Origin: Candidatus Woesearchaeota archaeon
Lineage (GTDB): Archaea > Nanobdellota > Nanobdellia > Woesearchaeales > UBA119
Direction: 5' to 3'
NCBI GenBank assembly: GCA_030156615.1
Contig: JASGME010000005.1
Location: 1,858 to 65,857 of the forward strand
Length of the DNA stretch: 64,000 nucleotides
Part shown: piece by piece, positions 40,553 through 50,826 of the stretch
How the letters are laid out: each line of letters opens with the position of its first letter
Position numbering within the stretch: position 1 is the first letter of the stretch
Translations under genes and position numbers: made by a program
Notes under the pieces: generated by a model
Told to the model about the DNA's origin: nothing
Seen by the model: only the letters and a program-made list of their open reading frames with translations
Databases searched by the model: none

Positions 40553-42103
40553 TTATTCATTGATTTTTATAGCATATATTTTTGTAGAATTGTCATCATA
40601 TATTTTCTTTATGAAATCTGAATCCTCATAATGAAGGCTTTCTATATCATATATCTCTGTTATTATGGGAGTAATTATTACATGTGTTATGTTGTATTTA
40701 TCAAAGATTTCCTTTGCAGTGATTTCAAACCTTGCTGAATATATCTTTTCGTATTCTTCAAGCCTTTCTTCTGGATTTTCTGTAGCTATGAAAGATGATG
40801 TAAGGAAAACACTTTTGTTTGTATAATAATGAACTGCATAAGCATTATTGAAATCAACCACAATCCTCGCTTCTTCTTTCATCTCATCTTGTATATACTC
40901 TAATCCTCCTTTAATCTTTTCTAGCTCATAATCCATTGAAGCAGTCCTGCCAAGAGCAATTGCAGGGAATATAGAACTAAACAAGAAGAAAAAGATGGAA
41001 GAAGCATAAAGAATTTTTGCTAATCTTTCAAATCTGATTTTGCTTAAAAAATCCTTAAAAGTCTCAATGAAAATTGAGAAATGAGAAGCAAACAAAATAC
41101 CCAAAATAGAAACACCAAGCCTCCACGGAATTAGTTTAAGCCATAAAAGGAATAAACTGGCCAGAATTAATCCTATCGTGATATAATGCTGATTTGTAGA
41201 TTCTCCTTTAGCTATTGCAGAATAAATCGTCCAGATGCCATATGCCAGCGGAAATATGCCCAAACCGTAGCTCAATTCAAGAAGATTGAAATCATAGTAA
41301 AGATTTTCTAAGACTTTTTCAGGGATATTCATCCAGATAATATCGCTTCCGAATTCAAAGAAAAATGTGCCTTGTGTGATTAATACTGAAAAAAGATATA
41401 CAGAGGCAGAAAAGGAAAATAATTCAATTTCTTTGTGCGTTATCCTTTTTTTCTCAATGTATTTTAACAAAAGATTCACGAACATTCCACTAAGGAATAA
41501 AACCGCGGCAGGAGTCGTTGCACATAAAAGTGCGAAGTTGATATAAAAAAAATACGATGCTTTTGCTTTTTTCTTCCTCTTCATTGCTTTTAAATAAAAG
41601 ATTGTTGATAACAAAAACAATGTCAGGATGAAAGGAAGATTTCCAACAGTGTTTATTGAAGACTGCCACAGGATTGGAATAAAGCCACCAAAAACTGCGG
41701 ATAGAAATGCAGCATTGTCTTTAGAATTAAGTTCTTTAGAAAGCATAAATACAAGAAGAGGAAGAACTGAAATTAAAATGCTGTTCAACAGAACAGGGCC
41801 CAAATCTCCAAAAATCATTAAGAAAAATGCTAAAACATATTCAAACAGAGGAGGGAAAAAAGTAGTCCTGCCGTTAATTATCTCTGAATTACTAAAATCA
41901 GGGATTCCATGGTTTAAGATATATTTGGCTTCACTAAGTTGTTTATATGAAAGATCTTCTGAATAGAACTCATCAAAGCTACTTAGATAAATAGAGAGTA
42001 TAAATATAAACAGGCTAAGTGAGCTTAATCCGAAAATTATCTTTTTTTTCATTTTCTTCGCAATCTTATCCACCGAATATAATTCGATTAGCAATATCTT
42101 CAA
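40553..42103 (-). CDS. Multi-pass membrane protein, GT-C/AglB-like architecture
   Basis: SEDLSYKQL, FPPLFEY, PWR, C-terminal KYNITHVII; many TMs. Confidence 0.6.
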   Translation of the reverse strand: MKILLIELYSVDKIAKKMKKKIIFGLSSLSLFIFILSIYLSSFDEFYSEDLSYKQLSEAKYILNHGIPDFSNSEIINGRTTFFPPLFEYVLAFFLMIFGDLGPVLLNSILISVLPLLVFMLSKELNSKDNAAFLSAVFGGFIPILWQSSINTVGNLPFILTLFLLSTIFYLKAMKRKKKAKASYFFYINFALLCATTPAAVLFLSGMFVNLLLKYIEKKRITHKEIELFSFSASVYLFSVLITQGTFFFEFGSDIIWMNIPEKVLENLYYDFNLLELSYGLGIFPLAYGIWTIYSAIAKGESTNQHYITIGLILASLFLLWLKLIPWRLGVSILGILFASHFSIFIETFKDFLSKIRFERLAKILYASSIFFFLFSSIFPAIALGRTASMDYELEKIKGGLEYIQDEMKEEARIVVDFNNAYAVHYYTNKSVFLTSSFIATENPEERLEEYEKIYSARFEITAKEIFDKYNITHVIITPIITEIYDIESLHYEDSDFIKKIYDDNSTKIYAIKINE

Positions 42104-42253
42104 TGACTTTAAAGTTTTCTTATTCCCTTGTTGTTTTTTGTTTTCTTAATACTTTTCCTTTTTTTGATTCTTTCCTCTAATCTTTATCTTAACATTTTTC
42201 CGTATAAATTATCTTCAAAATCTTTTTATACAAGTTCTGTATTTAAATTATCA

Positions 42254-43438
42254 ATGAAACCTTCTAGAATCAAATCGTTTTTTAGTCTTCAAGCATTTTT
42301 ATTGTTAGTTTTTCTTCTGGCAATAAAGCCAGTTTCTTCTGTAGGCATATTTCCTTCTTCTATTGAACTCGCCTATTACAACGATATCCTTTCCTCCTCT
42401 TTCTTCATCAGGAATGATGATGAACTCGACTATGATGTTTCTGTTTCTATTAATGGAGAACTTGCAGATTTGATAGAGATTGAGGAAGAACTTTCTCTTG
42501 TGAAAGCAAAAACTCAGGAAGAAGTTAAATTTACGCTTGATCTGCGAAATACAGTACTTCCCTCGGGAAGACATGAAGCAACATTTTCCTTTACCTTTAT
42601 CCCTTCTGGAAAAGAAGGCCAGATAAAAGCTTTTCCAGTTGTTATTGCAAAGGCTTTTGTTGAAGTTCCATACCCTGAAGAATTTGTTGAGTTAAGCATC
42701 ATTGGAAGCAGCTCCAAAATAGAAGATACAATAAAGATAGATGTTTTATTATCAAATAAAGGGATAAAAGAAATAGAAGAAATTATTTGTGAGGCATCTA
42801 TGCCTGATGCATCAGGAAATTATGTTCTTTGCTCTAATTCAATAAGAAATCTGCCTGCAGAAAGAGATGCCATGTTGAGCTTAACTTGCGAAGGAGATTT
42901 CCCTGTAGGAAGTTATCCTTTCTTGCTAAGTTGCAATTATGCTGACAAAACGATAGATATTGAAGGCTCCGCAATACTTGAGGGCAATGAGCTTTCTGTT
43001 GAAGACTTTAAGATTTCTTCTGATTCCTATTCTTTTAAATTAAAAAACCTAGCAAATTCAAATTTTTCAACTGTTTATGCAAAAATTCATTTTGTTGATG
43101 ATGAAAACAAGACAATTTCAACGATTAATTCTCCCGCAGTTTCAATAGACAGTTTAGAAGATAAGCTCGTTGAAGGAATTCTTCCTGAAGACCTTCCTGT
43201 TGAGACAGAAGAAGCCAATATTATTCTTGAGTTGTTTGCTGAAGGAAAGATTGTTGGAAAAGAAATGTTGCAAACTTCTTTCTTATATGAACCCCAAGAG
43301 GAAGAAACGACAGAAGATGGAGCAAAAGAGACAGATGAGAATGGAAGAATTTGGATATTCGTAGGCATATTTGCACTTGTTCTGAGTTTTATTGTCGCTT
43401 TATCGTTTCTTCTTAAAAAACCAGAGGGTTATTTTTAG
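42254..43438 (+). CDS. Secreted Ig-like surface protein with C-terminal TM anchor
   Basis: Signal peptide, then VGIFPSSIEL; beta-rich segments (LSNKG); C-terminal TM and KK. Confidence 0.65.
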   Translation: MKPSRIKSFFSLQAFLLLVFLLAIKPVSSVGIFPSSIELAYYNDILSSSFFIRNDDELDYDVSVSINGELADLIEIEEELSLVKAKTQEEVKFTLDLRNTVLPSGRHEATFSFTFIPSGKEGQIKAFPVVIAKAFVEVPYPEEFVELSIIGSSSKIEDTIKIDVLLSNKGIKEIEEIICEASMPDASGNYVLCSNSIRNLPAERDAMLSLTCEGDFPVGSYPFLLSCNYADKTIDIEGSAILEGNELSVEDFKISSDSYSFKLKNLANSNFSTVYAKIHFVDDENKTISTINSPAVSIDSLEDKLVEGILPEDLPVETEEANIILELFAEGKIVGKEMLQTSFLYEPQEEETTEDGAKETDENGRIWIFVGIFALVLSFIVALSFLLKKPEGYF

Positions 43439-43563
43439 AACCATCTCAAAATCATTGGAAGTCTTTGGAAAGCTTTTTATACTATACATTTACTCCATTC
43501 AAAAGCAATTTAACCTAATCTAATTTATGCTAATTCAATAAAAGAAATAAACGAGGGAAGACA

Positions 43564-43965
43564 ATGGTCGAAACAAAACCTATGCCAATAAGTTCAATAA
43601 AAAAAGGTGGCTTTGTTGTTCTAGATGGGCAGCCTTGCAGAGTAGTTGATATACAGATATCCAGACCTGGAAAACATGGACATGCTAAGGTTAGGATGAC
43701 TGGCGTTGGTTTGCTGGATGAGAAGAAAAGGGTTATTGTTATGCCCGGACATGATAACATTGAAGTGCCAATAATAGAAAAGAAAAATGCTCAGGTTCTT
43801 TCTGTTTTAGGAAATACCGCAAATGTTATGGATTTGGATAGCTACGAAACATTTGATCTTGAAATTCCTGAAGAATTGAAAGAAGAATGTACCGATGGAG
43901 TTGTTGTATTGTATTGGGATATCATGGGCACGAAAGTGATGAAGCAAATAAAAACTAATCCTTAA
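43564..43965 (+). CDS. eif5a: Translation factor aIF5A
   Basis: Hypusine loop SRPGKHGHAK; VMDLDSYETF. Confidence 0.97.
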   Translation: MVETKPMPISSIKKGGFVVLDGQPCRVVDIQISRPGKHGHAKVRMTGVGLLDEKKRVIVMPGHDNIEVPIIEKKNAQVLSVLGNTANVMDLDSYETFDLEIPEELKEECTDGVVVLYWDIMGTKVMKQIKTNP

Positions 43966-43975
43966 AGGTGATTTT

Positions 43976-44137
43976 ATGGCAAAATTTGAGGAAGCTGAGG
44001 CAAGGCTCTTTCACAGGATGTTTGTATGCAAGGATTGTAAGTCTAAGCAAAGGGCACCTGTGCTTAAGGTTAAGGAAGGAAAGGTTAAATGCAGGAAATG
44101 CGGTTCACATAATCTAAGACCGATTAAAAAGAAATAA
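43976..44137 (+). CDS. rpl40e: 50S ribosomal protein L40e (not in ORF track)
   Basis: AGGTGA RBS; MAKFEEAEARLFHRMFVCKDCKSK...KCRKCGSHNLRPIKKK (53 aa). Confidence 0.92.
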   Translation: MAKFEEAEARLFHRMFVCKDCKSKQRAPVLKVKEGKVKCRKCGSHNLRPIKKK

Positions 44138-44138
44138 A

Positions 44139-45374
44139 ATGAACTTTGAATTTATTCTTCATTATGTTTTTTTGGCTGTTTTTATTCTAGGTCTTACTAT
44201 TTTTCTCTTGAAAAGAAAGAAAAACACATCTGTTGAGAAAGTTCTTGGTTATTTTTTTTATATTATTCTTTATCGTACTAAGCGTGGACTTCAATTTATT
44301 GATAATCTTGCGAAAAAGCATTATAAATTCTTTAATGTGATGGCTAAAATAGGTGTTGTTATTTCTTTTGGTGGAATGATTTTTGTCTCTTTTTTTCTTA
44401 TCTATAATTTCATTATGCTTTTTATTCAACCTCCTGTCCAACCAGCCTTTGCTCTTGTCCTCCCCTTTCCCGGAAAAGGAATTGTTTTTGTTCCTCCAAT
44501 CTTCTGGGTCATTTCAATCATGGTTCTTGCCATTTTTCACGAAGGAATGCACGGCATTATTGCAAGGAAAAACAAGATTAAGCTTCACTCGGCAGGTTTT
44601 GCAGTTGCCTCTTTCATTGTTCCTCTTCTGCCCGCAGCATTCGTTGAACCAGATGACAAGGATTTGGAAAGAAAAAAGAAATCAAAGCAGATAGAGATGT
44701 TCTCTGCAGGTCCTTTTGCAAATATTGTTCTTTTTGTTGTTTTCTTAGGTCTATTTTTGCTTTTTGACTCAATTTTATTGGGAAATTCAAATGCCTACTA
44801 CGATCCTTTGCAGAATCAGATTCTTTCTGTGGAAGGCGTTAAATTCGTTGATTATTATATGAAAAATGAATCCCCTGTTTTTGCTAACGATGTGCCACTA
44901 AATCTCAGTTTTGTTGAGATAAATGGTAAGCCTATCTTTGAAGATGGTAAAGACAATCTAATTGAATTTCTTGATGATGCCAAGCCTGGTGATCTTATGT
45001 CTTTAACGGCTGTGAATGGTTCAGAATACATTTTTCCATTGGCAGCTCAACCAGGAACAAATGGTGAGCGTCCTCTTTTAGGAGCTCAACTTACATATAG
45101 CTTCGCCCCTTTTTCATACACTGGAAAATTTGCTTCAATAAAGCTTTTTTCTGTTAAATTTCTTTTAGGGCTTTTTGCATGGCTCTATATCTTAAATCTT
45201 GGAGTAGGTCTGTTCAATCTTCTACCGATGGGACCATTAGATGGAGGAAGGATGATTAAGGCCATGTATGAAACGATGTTTAAAAAGGGAAATGCCGTGC
45301 GTCTTTGGAAGATAACATCATATGTCTTCTTATTCATGCTTCTAGTTGTTTTTATTTACCCATTCTTCCTTTAA
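44139..45374 (+). CDS. Site-2 protease (M50 intramembrane metalloprotease)
   Basis: FHEGMHG, AFVEPD, AGPFAN, NLLPMGPLDGG. Confidence 0.93.
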   Translation: MNFEFILHYVFLAVFILGLTIFLLKRKKNTSVEKVLGYFFYIILYRTKRGLQFIDNLAKKHYKFFNVMAKIGVVISFGGMIFVSFFLIYNFIMLFIQPPVQPAFALVLPFPGKGIVFVPPIFWVISIMVLAIFHEGMHGIIARKNKIKLHSAGFAVASFIVPLLPAAFVEPDDKDLERKKKSKQIEMFSAGPFANIVLFVVFLGLFLLFDSILLGNSNAYYDPLQNQILSVEGVKFVDYYMKNESPVFANDVPLNLSFVEINGKPIFEDGKDNLIEFLDDAKPGDLMSLTAVNGSEYIFPLAAQPGTNGERPLLGAQLTYSFAPFSYTGKFASIKLFSVKFLLGLFAWLYILNLGVGLFNLLPMGPLDGGRMIKAMYETMFKKGNAVRLWKITSYVFLFMLLVVFIYPFFL

Positions 45375-45429
45375 ATCTCTTCAAAAAGAGAATGGTTAGG
45401 ATTAAATATGATTGAGTTTTCCTTTTTTT

Positions 45430-46251
45430 ATGCTAACTGTTGTTTTTGTGGAACCAGAGAGTCCAGGCAATCTTGGAGCATGTGCAAGGGTTATGGCTAA
45501 TTTTGGATTTTCTCAGCTTTTAGTTCTTAATCCTAAATTTCAGGTCTCTGATAAAGAGATTGCAGAAAGGGCCAAGCATGGCTTTTCTGTTATTGAAAAT
45601 GCAAATATTGTAAAGATTGATGAGGAAAAAATATTACCTTATCTAAAAGAAAAATTTGATTATATTGTTGGAACCACGGCAAAGCTCGGTAATGACTTCA
45701 ATATAATTCGTTCTCCTTTATCTGTGGAAGAATTTGCAACTATTTTGAAGAGAAGATTCAGGAATTTCAAAGATGCGCCAAAGCCAATGATTGCACTTCT
45801 CATCGGAAGAGAAGGAGATGGATTAACTAATGATGAGTTGGGGCAATGCGATTTCTTACTTACTATCCCTGCTAATCCCTCATATCCAACGCTGAATGTA
45901 AGTCATGCCTTGGGAATAATACTTTACGAATTGTTTAAAATCTCAAATGAGGCATCTTCAAGCTCTCATCTAACCCTTGCAACGCATAAAGAAAAAGAAT
46001 TTCTTATGAAAAGATTTTCTCAGCTCTTAGATGAGCTTAATTTTGATCCAGAAAAGAAGAAAACACAGGAGCTTCTTTTTAACAGAATCGTAAGCAGATC
46101 TTTCTTTAAAAAGCGCGAAGTCTTTATCATCCATGGATTTATCTCAAAGGTGCTTGACTCATTAGAAAAGAACAATTCAAAGAGGAAAACGAAATCAACA
46201 ATAGAAAAAAATCAAAAAATTCTACTGAAAAGGAGTAACAAATTCTTTTAA
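45430..46251 (+). CDS. trmJ: tRNA 2'-O-methyltransferase, TrmJ/SPOUT family
   Basis: VEPESPGNLGACARVMANFG, VGTTA, GREGDGLTNDEL, YPTLNVSHA. Confidence 0.88.
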   Translation: MLTVVFVEPESPGNLGACARVMANFGFSQLLVLNPKFQVSDKEIAERAKHGFSVIENANIVKIDEEKILPYLKEKFDYIVGTTAKLGNDFNIIRSPLSVEEFATILKRRFRNFKDAPKPMIALLIGREGDGLTNDELGQCDFLLTIPANPSYPTLNVSHALGIILYELFKISNEASSSSHLTLATHKEKEFLMKRFSQLLDELNFDPEKKKTQELLFNRIVSRSFFKKREVFIIHGFISKVLDSLEKNNSKRKTKSTIEKNQKILLKRSNKFF

Positions 46252-46323
46252 GCAATGGTTATGCTTGAATATTGTCTATTACGAAGATAGCTGATTTAAG
46301 CGTTTTTATACTAGGTGATTGAT

Positions 46324-48735
46324 ATGGATAGAAAACAAAAGGAAGGGCAATTTATTCTTTGGTTTGATCAGATTAGCGTTGATGATGTTGATTTAGTGGG
46401 AGGAAAAAATGCCTCGCTTGGAGAAATGTATTCTCAACTAACTCAAAAAGGAATCTCTGTGCCAAATGGCTTTGCAATAACATCAAAAGGATATTGGGAT
46501 TTTATAAATTCAAACAGACTTGCCCAGCAGATTGACCAGTTAGTTAATTCCATTGATTTGGATAATTTAAATGATCTTGCCGAAAAAGGACATAAAATAA
46601 GAGAAATGATAAGAAATGCCTCTTTTCCAGAGCATTTAAGGGAAGCAATCGTTGAAGCATACAAACATCTTTGTATCCAATACGGCAAAGATGCAGATGT
46701 AGCCGTTAGATCAAGTGCAACCGCAGAGGATCTTGCAGATGCATCATTTGCAGGTCAACAAGAAACATATCTGAACATTCGGGGAGATGATATGCTTTTG
46801 AATTCTATAAAGAACTGCTTCGCCTCACTCTTTACAAACAGGGCAATAGTTTATAGAGCAAACAAGGGATTTAATAGTAGTTCCATTGCATTATCAGTTG
46901 GCGTTCAAAAGATGGTCAGGGCAGATAAAGGGGCTTCTGGTGTAATGTTTACTCTTGATACTGAATCTGGATTTGAGGATGTAATCTTTATAACGGCAAT
47001 ATACGGCTTAGGAGAGAACATCGTTCAGGGGCGCGTAAATCCTGATGAATACTATGTTTTTAAGTCTACTTTTAAGCAAGGCTATAGATCAATATTATCA
47101 AAAAAGCTTGGCTCAAAGAGCGAGATGCTTGTTTATACTGTTGATGGCAACAAAAGAACAAAAAACATCCCAGTTTCTGAAGAAGATCAGAAAAGATTTG
47201 TTCTTTCTGATGATGAAATCCTGAAGCTAGCAAACTGGGCAATGATTATTGAAGATCATTACTCTGAAAAGAGAGGAAAAAAGACATTTATGGATATGGA
47301 ATGGGCAAAGGATGGAATAACAAATGAACTGTTTATTGTACAGGCAAGGCCTGAAACTGTCCATTCAATTAAAAACAAAAATGTTCTTGAGAAATATATC
47401 TTGAAGGAAAAATCAAAGGTTCTTTGTGAAGGGATGAGCGTTGGCTCAAAGATAGGAACAGGCATCGTTTCAATTATCAAGGATCCTTCTGAGATTGATT
47501 CTTTTGTTCCGGGCAGTGTTCTTGTAACTGAAATGACTGATCCTGATTGGAATCCAATAATGAAGAAGGCTTCCTCAATAATTACAAACAAGGGTGGCAG
47601 GACATGTCATGCTGCAATCGTTTCTAGAGAGCTCGGAATCCCTTGCGTGGTAGGAACAGTAAATGCTACAGAGGTTTTAAAGAATGGGCAAGAGGTTACT
47701 GTAGATTGCTCTTCTGGAGAGAAAGGCTATGTCTACGAAGGAAAGCTTGATTTTCATATTGAAAAACACGAATTAGATAAATTGCCTCAGACAAATACAA
47801 AGATTATGATAAATCTTGGAAATCCTGATGTAGCCTTTTCATACGCATCCTTGCCTGTTGATGGTGTTGGATTAGTAAGAGAAGAGTTTATCGTTAATTC
47901 TTACATAAAGGTTCATCCTCTTGCTTTGTTGAATTTTGAAGATATTCAAGATGAAAATGTAAAGAAGGAGATAGAAGAGATAACACGCAATTACGAATCA
48001 AAGCCTGAGTTCTTTAAAGATATGCTTGCCCAAGGAATTGCAACAATTGCTGCCGCATTTTATCCTAAGAAGGTTATAGTAAGGTTATCTGATTTCAAAT
48101 CAAATGAGTATGCTGGATTAATAGGAGGAAGATTCTTTGAGCCTAATGAAGAGAATCCGATGCTTGGATGGAGGGGAGCATCTAGGTATTATAGCGAAGA
48201 ATACAAGGCTGCATTTGAACTTGAATGTGCTTCACTTAAGCGTGTAAGAGACGAGATTGGATTAAATAATGTTCAGATAATGGTTCCTTTCTGTAGAACT
48301 GTTGATGAAGGGAAAAAGGTTATAGAAATATTGGCAAATAATGGATTGCGTCAGGGGGAGAATGGATTGGAGATTTATGCAATGTGCGAAGTCCCGTCAA
48401 ATGTTGTTTTAGCAGATGAATTTCTTGAGGTTTTTGATGGCTTTAGTATAGGCACTAATGATTTGACCCAACTTGTTTTAGGATTAGACAGGGATTCTGG
48501 TTATCTTTCTTCTTTATACGATGAAGAGAATCCTGCTGTTGTCAGATTAGTTGAGAGCGTTATAAAGACTACAAAGAGCAAAGGCAAATACATCGGCTTG
48601 TGTGGTCAAGCCCCTTCTGATAAGCCAGATTTTGTTAGATTACTTGTTAATGCAGGTATTGATTCAATCTCCCTTAACCCGGATGCTGTAATTAAAACAA
48701 AAATGCTTGTTTCAGATTTAGAAAAAGGAGAGTGA
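46324..48735 (+). CDS. ppsA: Phosphoenolpyruvate synthase
   Basis: VGGKNASLGEM, AVRSSATAED, SFAGQQET, VQARPETV, GGRTCHAAIVSRE (phospho-His), FSIGTNDLTQ. Confidence 0.97.
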   Translation: MDRKQKEGQFILWFDQISVDDVDLVGGKNASLGEMYSQLTQKGISVPNGFAITSKGYWDFINSNRLAQQIDQLVNSIDLDNLNDLAEKGHKIREMIRNASFPEHLREAIVEAYKHLCIQYGKDADVAVRSSATAEDLADASFAGQQETYLNIRGDDMLLNSIKNCFASLFTNRAIVYRANKGFNSSSIALSVGVQKMVRADKGASGVMFTLDTESGFEDVIFITAIYGLGENIVQGRVNPDEYYVFKSTFKQGYRSILSKKLGSKSEMLVYTVDGNKRTKNIPVSEEDQKRFVLSDDEILKLANWAMIIEDHYSEKRGKKTFMDMEWAKDGITNELFIVQARPETVHSIKNKNVLEKYILKEKSKVLCEGMSVGSKIGTGIVSIIKDPSEIDSFVPGSVLVTEMTDPDWNPIMKKASSIITNKGGRTCHAAIVSRELGIPCVVGTVNATEVLKNGQEVTVDCSSGEKGYVYEGKLDFHIEKHELDKLPQTNTKIMINLGNPDVAFSYASLPVDGVGLVREEFIVNSYIKVHPLALLNFEDIQDENVKKEIEEITRNYESKPEFFKDMLAQGIATIAAAFYPKKVIVRLSDFKSNEYAGLIGGRFFEPNEENPMLGWRGASRYYSEEYKAAFELECASLKRVRDEIGLNNVQIMVPFCRTVDEGKKVIEILANNGLRQGENGLEIYAMCEVPSNVVLADEFLEVFDGFSIGTNDLTQLVLGLDRDSGYLSSLYDEENPAVVRLVESVIKTTKSKGKYIGLCGQAPSDKPDFVRLLVNAGIDSISLNPDAVIKTKMLVSDLEKGE

Positions 48736-48737
48736 AG

Positions 48738-49529
48738 ATGTATCAGGAAAAATTGATGGGAAAGAAAGGAAGAACACTTATCCTTGCCTATGATCATGGC
48801 TTGGAGCATGGACCTATTGATTTTAACTTGAATTCTGCCGATCCGGATTTTATATTTGACATTGCAGTAAAAAGCAAGGTGAGCGGAGTTGTTGTTCTGT
48901 CCGGCCTAGCAGAGCAATACGGAAGAAAATATGGCTTCTTCCTCCCTTTAATTGTTAAGTTAAATGGGAAATCCTCAATAGGAGAAGGAGAACCATATTC
49001 AGCGCAATTCTGTTCTGTAGAAAGGGCTGCAAAACTTGGTGCCTCAGCCGTAGGTTACACAATTTACCTGGGGAGCGAAGAAGAAGCAAAAATATTTAAG
49101 GAGTTTGGGCAGATTGTTGAGGAAGCCCATTCAAGGCAATTGCCTGTTATAGCATGGGTATATCCGAGAGGAAAGGCTGTTAAAGATGATTTATCAACTG
49201 AAATTCTTGCCTATGCAGGAAGAACAGCACTTGAACTTGGCGCAGATATTGTAAAATTGAAATATAATGGCGATTTCGAAGGATTTAAATGGGTTGTTAA
49301 GAATGCCGGATTGTGTGATGTTGTTGTTGCAGGTGGAGAAAAAGAAGAGGATCCATTGTCTTTTTTGAGATCAGTGAAGGAAGTTTTAGATGCAGGTGCA
49401 AAAGGAGTTGCCGTTGGAAGAAATGTCTGGCAAAGCGAAAATCCTCTTGGAATGCTAGATGCCCTGACGAAGCTCATCTTCCACGATGTTCCCCCTGAAA
49501 AAGCTGTTATGTATGTGAATAAGATATAA
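48738..49529 (+). CDS. Class I (DhnA-type) fructose-bisphosphate aldolase
   Basis: LAYDHGLEHGP, IVKLNGKS, AWVYPRG, ELGADIVK (Schiff-base Lys), GVAVGRNVWQ. Confidence 0.92.
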   Translation: MYQEKLMGKKGRTLILAYDHGLEHGPIDFNLNSADPDFIFDIAVKSKVSGVVVLSGLAEQYGRKYGFFLPLIVKLNGKSSIGEGEPYSAQFCSVERAAKLGASAVGYTIYLGSEEEAKIFKEFGQIVEEAHSRQLPVIAWVYPRGKAVKDDLSTEILAYAGRTALELGADIVKLKYNGDFEGFKWVVKNAGLCDVVVAGGEKEEDPLSFLRSVKEVLDAGAKGVAVGRNVWQSENPLGMLDALTKLIFHDVPPEKAVMYVNKI

Positions 49530-49563
49530 CCATAAGTTAATTACAATAATTCTCTAATCGTAG

Positions 49564-49785
49564 AAAACAATTGTACTTTATAGCAGTGGAAAACCACTTG
49601 AACCAGCAGAAAATTTTGGAATTGGCCCAGGTCTTGCAAGAGAAATACCAGGGACAGACGGATTAATTGAAAGATTTAGATATGATGACCACGAACCTTT
49701 TGGGCAGCATTTGAACTATGAAATAATTGTTTCCGGAAAAGATAGAAAACCGATTATTGATAATCACCATATCCCGCTAGAATAA
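49564..49785 (+). pseudogene. Start-less 73-codon fragment resembling a polymorphic-toxin C-terminal nuclease tip
   Basis: Open frame ...GTDGLIERFRYDDHEPFGQHLNYEIIVSGKDRKPIIDNHHIPLE*; R-x-D...G-x-H-x-N-x-E...N-x-H pattern; bounded upstream by TAG, no ATG. Confidence 0.55.
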
Positions 49786-49868
49786 ATAAAATTATTGACA
49801 GTTAGCGTGTCTCATGGATCCAAAATTAAATACTAACTTTTTATTTTATATCTTTTTTGGAGGGAAAA

Positions 49869-50177
49869 ATGAAATATGTAATTAAAGGGATTGAGAACAT
49901 AGATAATATTCATAGATATATTATTAAGAAGGATAAAAATATTCATAATGCTTTCTGTAATTTATTGTCAGAATTTAATTTTGGAGAAGATGCTATTAAC
50001 AAAGTAGATACTATTTTTGATGATTTAGATAATGAATTCATTTATGTTACAAATAATGAATTGGATGTTTATTTCTTTATAACCAAAGAATATGTTAATC
50101 TTGTTATTAAAACAAGTATTCCACAAAATGAATTAAACAAATCAATTAGAAAATATTTTTCTTTTCCTGGTCTTTAA
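49869..50177 (+). CDS. Small hypothetical protein, candidate immunity protein
   Basis: GGAGG RBS; visibly AT-rich ~102-aa ORF just downstream of the toxin-like fragment. Confidence 0.55.
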   Translation: MKYVIKGIENIDNIHRYIIKKDKNIHNAFCNLLSEFNFGEDAINKVDTIFDDLDNEFIYVTNNELDVYFFITKEYVNLVIKTSIPQNELNKSIRKYFSFPGL

Positions 50178-50508
50178 ATTATTTGCTTCAAAATGCTTCT
50201 TCTTTTGTTACCTCTGAATTTGGTTTTGATCTTTCCGAGCAAAGGCTAATTATATTCTTATCTTCTTTGTAAGTTTTTCTCAGAATCTTGAGCAATTACT
50301 TTTAGGAAATAAACCCCTAACTCTAAAAAATCTTAAAGAAATATATTCTAAATATTTGTAGATTTTGATATTTTTTAGAATCTTAGAAAAATTTCACAAC
50401 TTATTTATATCATTTATCAATTAAATCAAATGTCTGTTGGAAAACACTTTTGTGCCAAATATCGCATAAGATAGGATGTATCAGTTAATAAATGTTTGAG
50501 ACGGAAAA

Positions 50509-50763
50509 ATGAATATTGAAAAATTAAGATCTGACTTAATAAATATCTATAAAACTTATTTGTCTGATCCAGAAAACGAGGAAAACAAGAGTTTGGCAGG
50601 AAGAATATATAATAAATATAAAGATTTAGACCCGCTCCTAACTCCAGAAATTGCTATTGCAATGAGTAATTTGGTAGATATTGGATTTAATACAGGAGTT
50701 AAGACATCTCAAGATGAAATAAAGGAAATTATAAAGAAATTAGAAAATGGTGCTCCTAAATAA
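50509..50763 (+). CDS. Small helical hypothetical protein, candidate immunity protein
   Basis: 84-aa AT-rich ORF preceded by a stop-riddled frame ending ...TFVPNIA*DRMYQLINV*. Confidence 0.5.
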   Translation: MNIEKLRSDLINIYKTYLSDPENEENKSLAGRIYNKYKDLDPLLTPEIAIAMSNLVDIGFNTGVKTSQDEIKEIIKKLENGAPK

Positions 50764-50826
50764 AAGTGATAACTTCTTTTCTTTTTTATAACAACTTTTA
50801 TTAATGATTCTTGCTAATCAATAGCT

